DNA of 24,000 nucleotides from Bacillales bacterium (GTDB lineage: Bacteria; Bacillota_I; Bacilli_A; Izemoplasmatales; Izemoplasmataceae), in assembly GCA_021767685.1 (NCBI GenBank), contig JAASSV010000002.1, positions 1 through 24,000 of the forward strand, read 5' to 3'. Each line of letters opens with the position of its first letter. Position 1 is the stretch's first letter. The position numbers and the translations under genes were made by a program. Shown piece after piece: positions 8,271 to 17,187 of this stretch. Under the pieces are notes generated by a model. It was not told the DNA's origin. It did no database searches and saw nothing but the letters and a program-made list of their open reading frames with translations.

Positions 8271-9434
8271 GTGGAATATATTCTATTAGGTTTACTAATT
8301 ATCACAGTAATATTATTAGCAGTTACTATTGTTTTAATTAGCAAAAACAAACAGCAAGATGTGACAAGCACAATCAAAGATCAAAACAATGAGTTGCTCA
8401 ATAAGATTATCCGTGAAAATGGGGACATTAAAGTTGAGTTAGCCAACTCAATAGGTAAAAGTTCAAAAGAAAACATAAAAGACTTAAACACGTTTAAAGA
8501 AGGTCTTACTGAGGACATTACAAAACGGTTTAATCGTTTAAATGAACAAATAGAAAATAAAATGGATAATATCAATAAAAAAGTTGAAGTGAGGCTTAGT
8601 GAAGGGTTTGAAAAAACGAACAAAACCTTTACGAATATTGTTGAACGCCTTAGCAAAATCGATGAAGCACAGAAGAATATTGATAAATTATCGACTGAAG
8701 TTGTCTCATTACAAAATATCTTAACAGATAAGAAAACAAGGGGGACATTTGGAGAAGTTCAATTAAATCATATTTTAGAATCTATTTTTGGCGAGAAAAA
8801 TACGAAAGTATTTGATACACAAGTTACTTTATCAAATGGTAAAAAGGTTGATGCCTTAATTCATTTACCAGAACAGATGGGGAACTTAGCCATAGATTCT
8901 AAATTCCCATTAGAAAATTATCAGCGTATGGTGGATAAAGACGCCAGTGATCGTGATAAAGAATTGGCATCAAGAGGATTCAAAAAAGATGTTAAAAAAC
9001 ATATTGATGATATCGCAACTAAATATATTATTCCAACAGAAACAAGTGAACAAGCGATTCTATTTGTCCCTGCAGAAGCGATATTCGCAGAGATTAATGC
9101 ATATCATCAAGACTTGGTTGATTATGCTCAACGAAAACGGGTATGGATTGCGTCACCAACAACCTTAATGAGTTTATTGACGACAGTTCAAATGATGTTA
9201 AGAAATGCTGAAAGAGATAAACATGCTAAAGTGATCCAAGAAGAATTAATTAAGCTCGGTGATGAGTTTAAACGCTATCAAGAGCGCTGGGACAAACTTT
9301 CAAGAACCATTGATACTGTCAATAAAGATGTGAAGAACATTCATATCACATCAAATAAGATTGGTAAGAAGTTTAGTGCCATTTCAAATGTTAATATTGA
9401 AACAAATGAAAAAATAGATAACAACAATGATTGA
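8271..9434 (+). CDS. rmuC: DNA recombination protein RmuC
   Basis: N-terminal TM helix, long coiled-coil, then the RmuC nuclease-like core (GTFGEVQL..., AIDSKFPLE, ILFVPAEA). I prefer the GTG at 8271, 8 nt after GGAGG (8258-8262); the track start at 8262 lies inside the Shine-Dalgarno site. Confidence 0.85.
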   Translation: MEYILLGLLIITVILLAVTIVLISKNKQQDVTSTIKDQNNELLNKIIRENGDIKVELANSIGKSSKENIKDLNTFKEGLTEDITKRFNRLNEQIENKMDNINKKVEVRLSEGFEKTNKTFTNIVERLSKIDEAQKNIDKLSTEVVSLQNILTDKKTRGTFGEVQLNHILESIFGEKNTKVFDTQVTLSNGKKVDALIHLPEQMGNLAIDSKFPLENYQRMVDKDASDRDKELASRGFKKDVKKHIDDIATKYIIPTETSEQAILFVPAEAIFAEINAYHQDLVDYAQRKRVWIASPTTLMSLLTTVQMMLRNAERDKHAKVIQEELIKLGDEFKRYQERWDKLSRTIDTVNKDVKNIHITSNKIGKKFSAISNVNIETNEKIDNNND

Positions 9435-9458
9435 CAAATAGCCAAAGTTTGTTAATAT
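9431..9458 (+). promoter_or_regulatory. Promoter for the T-box leader and asnS
   Basis: TTGACA (9431-9436, overlapping the rmuC TGA stop), 16-nt spacer, TGtTAATAT extended -10 (9450-9458). Confidence 0.55.
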
Positions 9459-9469
9459 TAAACTATAAA

Positions 9470-9686
9470 ACGTTGAACGGAGAAGTACATTGTATTCACG
9501 TGTTAAGCGAATCTAGGATGGTGAGAGCTAGACCATATCATACAATGGAATAACACCGGAAGTGATAGAAGAATTAAGTAGAACTATCCGTATCTCTGCG
9601 TTAAAGAGAGTGAGTGCTAGTATTAGAATTAAGGTGGTACCGCGGAAATTATTTCGTCCTTAAACCGTTGTTTAAGGACGTTTTTA
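9470..9686 (+). promoter_or_regulatory. T-box riboswitch leader, Asn specifier
   Basis: Stem I helix cattgtat (9488-9495) / atacaatg (9540-9547), AGCGA bulge (9504-9508) and distal loop tGGTGAGA. Specifier loop is GAAUAACA with AAC at 9552-9554 followed by A. T-box sequence AAGGTGGTACCGCGG lies at 9631-9645. Terminator is cgtccttaaac (9655-9665) / gtttaaggacg (9670-9680) plus T5; TTAAGG (9629-9634) can pair with CCTTAA (9658-9663) as the antiterminator. Confidence 0.9.
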
Positions 9687-9706
9687 TATGAAAAGGAGGA
9701 AAGACA

Positions 9707-11095
9707 ATGAAATACACAGTACGCCATTTATTTAAGCAGTATGAAGCATTAGAAGACAAAGAAGTTGAACTTTACGGGTGGGTACGAAATAATCGTGCAC
9801 AAAAAGAGTTTGGGTTCTTAAACGTTAATGATGGGACATTTTTTGTTACAATACAAGTTGTTTATGAGAGTGCCTTTTTAGAGAATTTTAAAGAGGTACA
9901 AAAATATCGTGTTGGGAGCGCTATACGTGCGAAAGGTATCATTGTACTTACTCCTAATCGAAAACAACCTTTTGAAATCAAAGCAAGAGAAGTTGAATTA
10001 TTAGGGGATTCTCAGGAAGACTATCCAATTCAACCAAAGCGTCATACACGAGAGTTTTTAAGAGAAAATGCTCACTTAAGACCAAGAACGAACTTGTTTA
10101 CCGCTATGTTTAGAGTGAGAAGTTTACTCTCTCATGCGATTCATTCATTCTATCAAGAGCGTGACTTTATTCATCTAGCGGCCCCTATTATTACGGCAAG
10201 TGATGCCGAAGGTGCTGGAGAAACCTTTACTGTCACAACTATGGATCTCAACAATCCACCAAAAACTGATGCTGGAGATATCGATTATAGCCAAGACTTT
10301 TTCCAAAAGAAAACAAACCTAACAGTTTCTGGACAACTAGAAGCAGAAGCATTTGCGTTAGCCTTTAGAAATGTCTATACGTTTGGACCAACATTCCGGG
10401 CAGAAAACTCAAATACAACAACACATGCGAGTGAGTTTTGGATGATTGAACCTGAAATTGCCTTTGCAGATTTAGATGATGACATGATTTTGGCAGAAGA
10501 CTTTGTGAAATATATTATTAAGTATGTTTTAGATAAAGCTCCTGAAGAGATGGCATTTTTTGATAAGTTTGTTCAAAAAGGATTGTTGAAAAAACTGAAC
10601 ACCTTATTGGACTCGCATTTTGCACGTGTAACACACAAAGAAGCAATTGACATTCTAAAAGAGGCTAAAAAGACTTTTGAAAACACCCCTGAGTATGGAG
10701 AAGACTTAGCAACTGAACATGAGAAATACTTAGTCTCACACTTTGATGGACCAGTATTTGTTACAGATTGGCCAAAAGATATCAAGGCATTTTATATGCG
10801 AATGAACGATGATAACGAAACTGTTGCTGCGATGGACTTGCTAGTTCCAGGCGCAGGAGAGTTAATTGGTGGAAGTCAACGTGAAGAGCGTTTAGATAAA
10901 CTAGAAGCGCGTATGGATGAGTTGAATATACCAAAAGAAGAACTAAAATGGTATTTAGACTTACGCCGTTATGGTGGATGTAAACATGCAGGGTTTGGTC
11001 TTGGTTTCGACCGGATGTTAATGTATTTAACAGGTGTTGAAAATATAAGAGACGTTATTCCGTTCCCTAGAACACCAAGAAATTGCGAATTTTAA
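9707..11095 (+). CDS. asnS: Asparagine--tRNA ligase
   Basis: 462 aa class IIb aaRS: OB-fold N-terminus, motif 2 ([21 protein letters not shown]) and motif 3 ([12 protein letters not shown]). The Asn T-box upstream agrees with this call. Confidence 0.95.
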   Translation: MKYTVRHLFKQYEALEDKEVELYGWVRNNRAQKEFGFLNVNDGTFFVTIQVVYESAFLENFKEVQKYRVGSAIRAKGIIVLTPNRKQPFEIKAREVELLGDSQEDYPIQPKRHTREFLRENAHLRPRTNLFTAMFRVRSLLSHAIHSFYQERDFIHLAAPIITASDAEGAGETFTVTTMDLNNPPKTDAGDIDYSQDFFQKKTNLTVSGQLEAEAFALAFRNVYTFGPTFRAENSNTTTHASEFWMIEPEIAFADLDDDMILAEDFVKYIIKYVLDKAPEEMAFFDKFVQKGLLKKLNTLLDSHFARVTHKEAIDILKEAKKTFENTPEYGEDLATEHEKYLVSHFDGPVFVTDWPKDIKAFYMRMNDDNETVAAMDLLVPGAGELIGGSQREERLDKLEARMDELNIPKEELKWYLDLRRYGGCKHAGFGLGFDRMLMYLTGVENIRDVIPFPRTPRNCEF

Positions 11096-11112
11096 ATAAA
11101 TAAAAAGCTTAA

Positions 11113-11152
11113 AAACACCCTTATCAGAGCGTGATAAAGGGTGTTTTTTTAT
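11113..11152 (+). terminator. Rho-independent terminator after asnS
   Basis: acacccttatca / tgataaagggtgt long stem, 5-nt loop, T8. Confidence 0.85.
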
Positions 11153-11190
11153 TGCAAAATGTAAGCGCTACAATTATTTTTATTTTTTCA

Positions 11191-11219
11191 TTGCTTTTTA
11201 CCTCTTAGGTGACTATAAT
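11191..11219 (+). promoter_or_regulatory. Sigma-A type promoter for the Gate-domain membrane protein gene
   Basis: TTGCTT (11191-11196), 17-nt spacer, TATAAT (11214-11219). Confidence 0.55.
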
Positions 11220-11257
11220 CGAAATTGTGAGCATAAAATTTCCCGAGGTGATCAGTC

Positions 11258-12403
11258 ATGAAAAAAGAAAGTGTTACACGTGAAACATATGTCGTTTTAA
11301 GTATCTTTATTCTTATCTTTGTTGTGTTTTCAATTGAGATGGGAGTTGCGCACTTTTTAAGTACGTTAATTCAAACAGGATATTACTTATTAATCAATGT
11401 TGCGTTTTGGATTATGGGCGTAGCTGTTTTAACCGGGGCAATGGCTGGGGTCTTTAGTGAGTTTGGCATCATTGCGCTATTTAATAAGTTATTAAGACCA
11501 CTTATTCGCTTTATCTATCGCTTACCAGGCGTTGCTGGAATTGGTGCATTAAGTGCTTATTTATCGGACAATCCAGCGGTTATAAGTTTATATAAAGAAC
11601 GGGAGTTTAGAAAACAGTTTAAGGATTATCAAATTCCTGTGTTATGTAATTTAGGAACTAGTTTCGGAATGGGGCTTGTTATCGCAATTACATTTATGTC
11701 TTTGGGCCAAAAATATGAAGGAAACTTTTTCTTGGCGACAGGTGTTGGCGTGTTTGCGGCAATTATTGGAAGTATAGTTAGTGTAAGGCTATTAACATAT
11801 TATGCGATGAAACATTATCATATTCATGAGGATGATGAACCGATTAAGAAAGCTACTGGAGATGGGTTGTTACGTGAAGTTAGAGAAGGAAATGCGGTTA
11901 ACAGACTATTAGAAAGTGCTTTGGATGGCGGGAAAAATGGTGTTGATATTGGTATTCAAATCATACCGGGAATTCTTATCATTTCAACATTTATTATTAT
12001 TATCACAAATCAACCACCTGTTGGGGGATATACTGGAGCTGCATTAGAAGGTGTTGGATATCTTCCTGCGATTGGGAAACATCTCATGTTCATTTTTAAA
12101 CCATTATTTGGGTTTGATTCTCCAGAAGCAATTGCGTTTCCACTCACTTCATTAGGAAGTGCAGGAGCGGCCATAGGGTTTGTTGATGAGTTTTTCTTAC
12201 AAGGATATATTGATGTAAAAGATATTGCTGTTTTTACGGCAATTGGAACAACATGGAGTGGATACTTATCGACTCACGTTGGGATGATGGATGCATTAAA
12301 GTCACGTGCTTTAACAACAAAAGCAATCTTAGCGCATACGCTTGGAGGCTTAGTTAGTGGCGTTGTTGCGAATTACATCTTTATTGTCATAACGTTATTT
12401 TAA
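11258..12403 (+). CDS. Polytopic membrane protein, nucleoside-recognition (Gate) domain type (YjiH/YlbJ-like); putative transporter
   Basis: 381 aa with multiple TM helices. LLRPLIRFIYRLPGVAGIGALSAYLSDNPA resembles the Gate-domain loop of YlbJ/SpmA-type proteins. The family assignment is by eye only. Confidence 0.6.
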   Translation: MKKESVTRETYVVLSIFILIFVVFSIEMGVAHFLSTLIQTGYYLLINVAFWIMGVAVLTGAMAGVFSEFGIIALFNKLLRPLIRFIYRLPGVAGIGALSAYLSDNPAVISLYKEREFRKQFKDYQIPVLCNLGTSFGMGLVIAITFMSLGQKYEGNFFLATGVGVFAAIIGSIVSVRLLTYYAMKHYHIHEDDEPIKKATGDGLLREVREGNAVNRLLESALDGGKNGVDIGIQIIPGILIISTFIIIITNQPPVGGYTGAALEGVGYLPAIGKHLMFIFKPLFGFDSPEAIAFPLTSLGSAGAAIGFVDEFFLQGYIDVKDIAVFTAIGTTWSGYLSTHVGMMDALKSRALTTKAILAHTLGGLVSGVVANYIFIVITLF

Positions 12404-12416
12404 ATAATTAGAGCAT

Positions 12417-12455
12417 AATAAAAACGCCCGTTGCTATGCAACCGGCGTTTTTTTA
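12417..12455. terminator. Bidirectional terminator between the Gate-domain gene and the SPFH gene
   Basis: acgcccgttgc / gcaaccggcgt stem (one C-C mismatch), 3-nt loop, flanked by an A-run and T7. Confidence 0.8.
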
Positions 12456-12465
12456 TTCGGAGATT

Positions 12466-13377
12466 TTATTTCGATTTTTCAGGATCTTTTTTAACGGCTT
12501 CTGATAATGTTGATGCAAGACCAACCATTCCTTGTAATTCAGATGGAATAACTAGTTTTGTTGCTTGTCCATTTGCAACATCAACCATTGCTTTGTAAGC
12601 TTCTAAGCGTAAGAATGCTTCATCAGCACCAGCTTTTTTAATCATTTCAATACCTTTAGCAGTTGCTGTTTGTACTTCAATGATTGCTTTCGCTTTACCG
12701 GCAGCTTCGCGGATTTGTTTTTCTTTTTCCGCATCTGCACGTAAGATTTGTGCTTCTTTTTCACCCTCAGCATTTAAGATAGCAGAACGTTTATTCCCTT
12801 CAGCAATTAAGATTGCTTGACGACGTTCACGTTCAGCACGCATTTGTTTTTCCATTGCTTCACGAATGTCTTTTGGTGGGATGATATTTTTAACTTCGAC
12901 ACGGTTGATTTTAATTCCCCATGGGTCCGTTGCTTCATCCAAAATGACACGCATTTTTTCATTGATTAAATCACGTGATGTAAGTGATTCATCTAATTCA
13001 AGTTCCCCAATGATGTTACGCAATGTCGTTGCTGTCAAGTTCTCGATTGCTTTTAATGGAAAATCAACACCATAAGTGAATAATTTGGCATCTGTTACCA
13101 TATAGAAGACAACAGTATCAATTTGCATTGTAACGTTATCTTTGGTAATAACGGGTTGTGGTGGGAAGTCAACAACTTGCTCTTTTAACGATACTTTTTG
13201 TTTAACACGATCGATAAATGGAACAATGAAGTGAAGTCCAACGTCTAATGATACATGATAACCACCTAAGCGTTCGACAACATAACGATTTGATTGTTGT
13301 ACGATGACAAAGGCTTGTGAAATTAATGCTAACGCTAAAACAATAATAATAATTAAAATAATTAATGTAGTAGGCAT
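12466..13377 (-). CDS. SPFH/Band 7 (stomatin/prohibitin-like) membrane protein
   Basis: 303 aa; N-terminal TM helix, an SPFH core (VERLGGY..., ITKDNV, RVEVKNI) and a C-terminal Ala/Glu/Lys-rich coiled-coil. AGGAGGA Shine-Dalgarno site. Confidence 0.9.
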   Translation of the reverse strand: MPTTLIILIIIIVLALALISQAFVIVQQSNRYVVERLGGYHVSLDVGLHFIVPFIDRVKQKVSLKEQVVDFPPQPVITKDNVTMQIDTVVFYMVTDAKLFTYGVDFPLKAIENLTATTLRNIIGELELDESLTSRDLINEKMRVILDEATDPWGIKINRVEVKNIIPPKDIREAMEKQMRAERERRQAILIAEGNKRSAILNAEGEKEAQILRADAEKEKQIREAAGKAKAIIEVQTATAKGIEMIKKAGADEAFLRLEAYKAMVDVANGQATKLVIPSELQGMVGLASTLSEAVKKDPEKSK

Positions 13378-13408
13378 TATGTGTTTCCTCCTTTTTATTT
13401 GTTATCCC

Positions 13409-14014
13409 TTAAAACGGATAATCAACACCTTCAAATTTAACATATGTATTTGATATACGGTCGCGTAAGGTTCGTTTGCGTTGCCCAAAAATAATAGTGG
13501 CAATATCAATACCGATACCTAACACGAACAGTGTGAGTAACCAGAAAAACATTTTGTAAATCACTTCTCGAATGAGAAGTGTCCACCAATTAACACGACC
13601 ACCAAGTTCGATCTTTAAGAAACGTCTGCCGAATGTTCTCCCTTTCATTATGACACTATAGCCATAATAGATTAGGGTGAATGTGAAGAAATGAAAGGCA
13701 AATGATCGAATCATGTAAAACACAAGCGCTTCTCTATGTTCTACGGTGTTGTCAATTAGTGTATTATAATCATCTTCAACTAAATCAACATACTCATCTT
13801 GAGTAATTTCTCCATTGTCTAATTGATTCTGATAAGGCTCTATTGCTTCATAATATTGCTCATTATAAGCATTGTACTCTTCCATCAATGCATCATAGCC
13901 TTCAGTTTTTAACATATCCCCAACAAACGTTGTATAGGCAATTGATACAATTAATAAAATTGGAAGTGCATCAAAGACAAATGAGGTTATTCGACGAAAT
14001 AATCCGACTCTCAT
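13409..14014 (-). CDS. RDD family membrane protein
   Basis: 201 aa. RR..FDAL at the N-terminus, GRTFGRRFLKIEL, and C-terminal RTLRDRISNTYV match the R-D-D family pattern. A roughly 60-aa acidic segment lies between TM1 and TM2. ATGA overlap with nfeD. Confidence 0.7.
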   Translation of the reverse strand: MRVGLFRRITSFVFDALPILLIVSIAYTTFVGDMLKTEGYDALMEEYNAYNEQYYEAIEPYQNQLDNGEITQDEYVDLVEDDYNTLIDNTVEHREALVFYMIRSFAFHFFTFTLIYYGYSVIMKGRTFGRRFLKIELGGRVNWWTLLIREVIYKMFFWLLTLFVLGIGIDIATIIFGQRKRTLRDRISNTYVKFEGVDYPF

Positions 14015-14448
14015 TGAATCTTATCGACAATCAATTTAACGCCTTCTATTGCTAAGACTTGTACTCTGTCATTAACTTGAATGTCTTCATCTCCTGATGT
14101 AACAGCAAGCCAAAACTTACCATCTATTTTTACTTCTCCACGATCCCCAACTTTGATTTCCTTTGTACATACAGCCACTTTTCCGACAAGTCGATCAGAG
14201 TTGGTGCTAATGACATTGGTTTTAAAATAGTTCTTTGCGATTGGTCGTAAACTAATAAGAAGTACGACAGAAACCACAACAAAAACAATAATCTGTGCGA
14301 CGGGTTGTAACCCAACAAGCGATAGAATGAATGCAATTAATGCGCCAACACTAAACCAAATACTACTTAAATCCATCGTATTCATTTCAATCAGTGCAGC
14401 AACAATAATAATCACAAACCATAAAATAATCATTAACTCCATATCCAT
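14011..14448 (-). CDS. Short NfeD family protein (TM helices plus C-terminal OB-fold)
   Basis: 145 aa; 2-3 N-terminal TM helices and a C-terminal LVGKVAV...GEVKIDGKFWLA...VQVLAIEGVKLIV pattern typical of the NfeD OB domain. It lies in an SPFH-containing operon. Confidence 0.8.
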   Translation of the reverse strand: MDMELMIILWFVIIIVAALIEMNTMDLSSIWFSVGALIAFILSLVGLQPVAQIIVFVVVSVVLLISLRPIAKNYFKTNVISTNSDRLVGKVAVCTKEIKVGDRGEVKIDGKFWLAVTSGDEDIQVNDRVQVLAIEGVKLIVDKIQ

Positions 14449-14450
14449 GA

Positions 14451-14834
14451 TTATGACACCTCCGGTTTATTTAAATCTATAATTAATAATGATTGGCTCT
14501 TATCCCAATGTGCTTTAAATTTAAAGGAATGGCCATTCTGTAAATCAATATTAGCGACATCAGCTAGTTCACTGATAAATTTTTTATTGCAAACACGAGC
14601 ATAACTCGGTTTAACAGTAATTTTATGTCTCTTTTCTTCTGGAATTGCCCCAATATCAAACTCTTCTTTAGATACGGGTTTAATCGCAACTTTTTTATTA
14701 TTCTCATCTAATCCAAGTAATACATTATACGCATGTTCAAAATGTGAACTGGCTGCTTTATTCAAAGTAATATTGGATTCATAAATTGTTGCTATTCCAT
14801 CTTTTGGTTTTTTTGAAGCCCAAACAAATGACAT
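14451..14834 (-). CDS. Hypothetical soluble, Lys-rich protein (127 aa); first gene of the NfeD/RDD/SPFH operon
   Basis: GGAGGTG Shine-Dalgarno site upstream; no TM segment or motif that I recognise. Its 3' end carries the Shine-Dalgarno site for nfeD (2-nt gap). Confidence 0.7.
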   Translation of the reverse strand: MSFVWASKKPKDGIATIYESNITLNKAASSHFEHAYNVLLGLDENNKKVAIKPVSKEEFDIGAIPEEKRHKITVKPSYARVCNKKFISELADVANIDLQNGHSFKFKAHWDKSQSLLIIDLNKPEVS

Positions 14835-14864
14835 AAATACACCTCCGTTGACTGGTTTTTTAAT

Positions 14865-14875
14865 TAATATACTCT
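14865..14875 (-). repeat. Left arm of an 11-bp inverted repeat (reads AGAGTATATTA on the minus strand) in a divergent promoter region
   Basis: Matches 10/11 with the arm at 14939-14949. It lies just downstream of a minus-strand TATAAT (14882-14877) and about 30 nt upstream of the 127-aa gene start. Confidence 0.3.
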
Positions 14876-14938
14876 AATTATACCCTTAAATGAATAAAAC
14901 TTCAAGAAAATTATTTTTAATTATTTTTTATTAATTGA

Positions 14939-14949
14939 AGAGTATAGTA
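14939..14949 (+). repeat. Right arm of the inverted repeat (AGAGTATAGTA) upstream of the ttcA-like gene
   Basis: 33 nt upstream of the ATG at 14982; contains a possible -10 (TATAGT). Confidence 0.3.
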
Positions 14950-14981
14950 TACTTAACACCGTATTAATTGAGGTGATACAA

Positions 14982-15794
14982 ATGAAACCACATACACCGT
15001 TTGAACGGGATATTATAACAACCTATAAGAAAGACTTATGGGGAAATTTTATTAAAGGAATAAAAAAATACCAACTAGTGAGTAATGGTGATAAGGTTGC
15101 TGTTACGATATCGGGTGGAAAAGATAGTTTGATAATGGCTAAGTTATTTCAAGAGTTAAAGCGGCATCCAGAGTTAGACTTTGAACTAGTGTTTATTACA
15201 ATGGATCCAGGATTTAATCAAATTAATCTTGAGTTGCTTAAAGAAAATGCTGAAAAACTTGATATTCCTGTCATTATACGCGAATCCCATACGTTTGATA
15301 TTCTACGTAAACATGCTGAAGGTAAGCCATGCTATTTGTGTGCTCGTATGCGCCGCGGATTCTTATATAATTTTGCCAAAGAGCTTGGATGTAACAAATT
15401 AGCTCTTGGGCATCACTTTGATGATGTCATTGAAACAACCTTAATGAATATGTTTTACGCGGGGAGTTTCAAGACCATGTTACCAAAGGTGAAAAGTGAA
15501 AACTTTGAAGATATTGAACTCATCAGACCCTTATATCTAGTTCACGAAAAAGATATTAAGCGAATCATGAAAGCCAATGATATTGTTACAATGGGCTGTG
15601 GGTGTGAGCTAGCAACATGTGATATTACAAGTAAAAGAGCAACAACAAAAAAACTCATTGCCGAGTTAAAAGACTCGTTTGATGATATTGATAAAAATAT
15701 CTTCCGTGCAGCAGAGAATGTTAATCTTGATAGCATCGTCCGCTGGAAACAAGATGGCGATGTTCATACGTATTATGATGATTGGGAAGACTAA
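14982..15794 (+). CDS. ttcA: PP-loop ATPase, TtcA-like tRNA 2-thiocytidine(32) synthetase family
   Basis: SGGKDS PP-loop, CYLCARMRRG and a later GCGCELATC cysteine cluster. I prefer the ATG at 14982, 5 nt after GAGGTGA, over the GTG at 14973. Confidence 0.8.
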   Translation: MKPHTPFERDIITTYKKDLWGNFIKGIKKYQLVSNGDKVAVTISGGKDSLIMAKLFQELKRHPELDFELVFITMDPGFNQINLELLKENAEKLDIPVIIRESHTFDILRKHAEGKPCYLCARMRRGFLYNFAKELGCNKLALGHHFDDVIETTLMNMFYAGSFKTMLPKVKSENFEDIELIRPLYLVHEKDIKRIMKANDIVTMGCGCELATCDITSKRATTKKLIAELKDSFDDIDKNIFRAAENVNLDSIVRWKQDGDVHTYYDDWED

Positions 15795-15796
15795 GT

Positions 15797-17146
15797 TTAT
15801 TTTCCTAAACAAAAATTACTAAAGAGTTCATCTAATAAAGCAGTAGAAGATGTTTCGCCAATTATCTCACCAAGAATATTCCAAGCGTCTTTAAGATCAA
15901 TTTCAATCATATCTACTGGCATACCATTGTCAATGGATTGAATCGAATCTTGAAGCGCTTTTTTTGCATCTTTAATTAAGGCAATATGACGAGCGTTTGA
16001 AACAACTTGTGAGTAGTCTTGTTTAATTGCACCATGAACAAACATTTCTTTAATCGTGTTCTCTAAATCATCAAGACCTTCTTTATGTAACGCACTCATC
16101 TCAACAGTATGATCAAACTCATGATGTAATTCCTTCTCTAGATCAACTTTATTTATAATAATAATACGCTTTTTATGCTTTGTTAACTCAAGTAATTGTT
16201 TGTCATCTTCTGTTAACGGTTGATTATTGTCTAAGACAAACAAGATTAACTGAGCTTGTTGTATAACATCTTTGGCTTTTTGGATTCCGATACTCTCAAC
16301 GCGATCACTTGATTCCCGGATACCAGCAGTATCAATGAGGTTAAGAATGATGCCACCAATATTGAGAGTGCCTTCAACGATATCACGAGTGGTTCCTTGA
16401 ATTTCAGTTACAATGGCTTTTTCTTCTCTCAAAAGCGCATTTAAAATACTTGATTTACCGACATTTGGTCGACCGATAATGGCTGTATCGATACCCTCGC
16501 GAATGATTTTACCAACTTCGGCGCGTTCTAATATATCAGAAAAGCGATTAATAAGCTGTGTTACTTTAGGATGGATTTCTTCTTGAGTTAATTGTTCAAC
16601 ATCATCATATTCAGGATAATCAATGTTCACTTCAATTTGGGCGATGATTTGGAGTAAATCTTTTCGTAAAGATTGCACTAAATCATAAACGACCCCATCT
16701 AATCCTTTATTAGCAAGTGTTAAAGACATATTGGAATTAGCGTGAATGATATCCATTACAGCTTCGGCTTGTGTTAAATCAATACGGCCATGCAAAAAAG
16801 CACGCATGGTAAACTCACCCGGTGTAGCTGGGCGTGCGCCTTGTTTTAACATTAATTCAACGACCTTTGAGGCAACAAAGAGACCGCCATGACAATTGAT
16901 TTCTACAACATCCTCAGTTGTAAAAGACCGAGGACTAAGAAAGATTGAAATCATCACCTCATCAACTACTGTACCATCGTCGACTAAATGACCATAATGA
17001 ATGGTATTTCCTTTAACTTTTGATAAATCAGGACCATTAAAGACACTATTCACTATTGAAATTGCCTCGTCACCACTTAATCTAACAATGCTAATGGCAC
17101 TTTCACCTATTGCGGTAGATATTGCGACTATTGTTTCATTATTCAT
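15797..17146 (-). CDS. mnmE: tRNA modification GTPase MnmE (TrmE)
   Basis: G-domain GRPNVGKSS, DTAGIR and NKVD, plus the C-terminal FCLGK tetrapeptide. I prefer the ATG at 17146 (MNNETIVAIST), preceded by GGTGAttttt; the track start is 17158. Confidence 0.95.
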   Translation of the reverse strand: MNNETIVAISTAIGESAISIVRLSGDEAISIVNSVFNGPDLSKVKGNTIHYGHLVDDGTVVDEVMISIFLSPRSFTTEDVVEINCHGGLFVASKVVELMLKQGARPATPGEFTMRAFLHGRIDLTQAEAVMDIIHANSNMSLTLANKGLDGVVYDLVQSLRKDLLQIIAQIEVNIDYPEYDDVEQLTQEEIHPKVTQLINRFSDILERAEVGKIIREGIDTAIIGRPNVGKSSILNALLREEKAIVTEIQGTTRDIVEGTLNIGGIILNLIDTAGIRESSDRVESIGIQKAKDVIQQAQLILFVLDNNQPLTEDDKQLLELTKHKKRIIIINKVDLEKELHHEFDHTVEMSALHKEGLDDLENTIKEMFVHGAIKQDYSQVVSNARHIALIKDAKKALQDSIQSIDNGMPVDMIEIDLKDAWNILGEIIGETSSTALLDELFSNFCLGK

Positions 17147-17187
17147 AAAAATCACCATATTTATTATATCATAATTTCTTATTTTAG

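Noticed and set aside
11221-11242. GAAATT...AATTTC inverted repeat containing AATTGTGAGC (lac-operator-like) in the 5' UTR of the Gate-domain gene.
   Set aside because: It is a 6-bp AT-rich stem with a 10-nt loop and is thermodynamically negligible. The resemblance to a lac operator half-site is only 10 nt with no symmetric partner.
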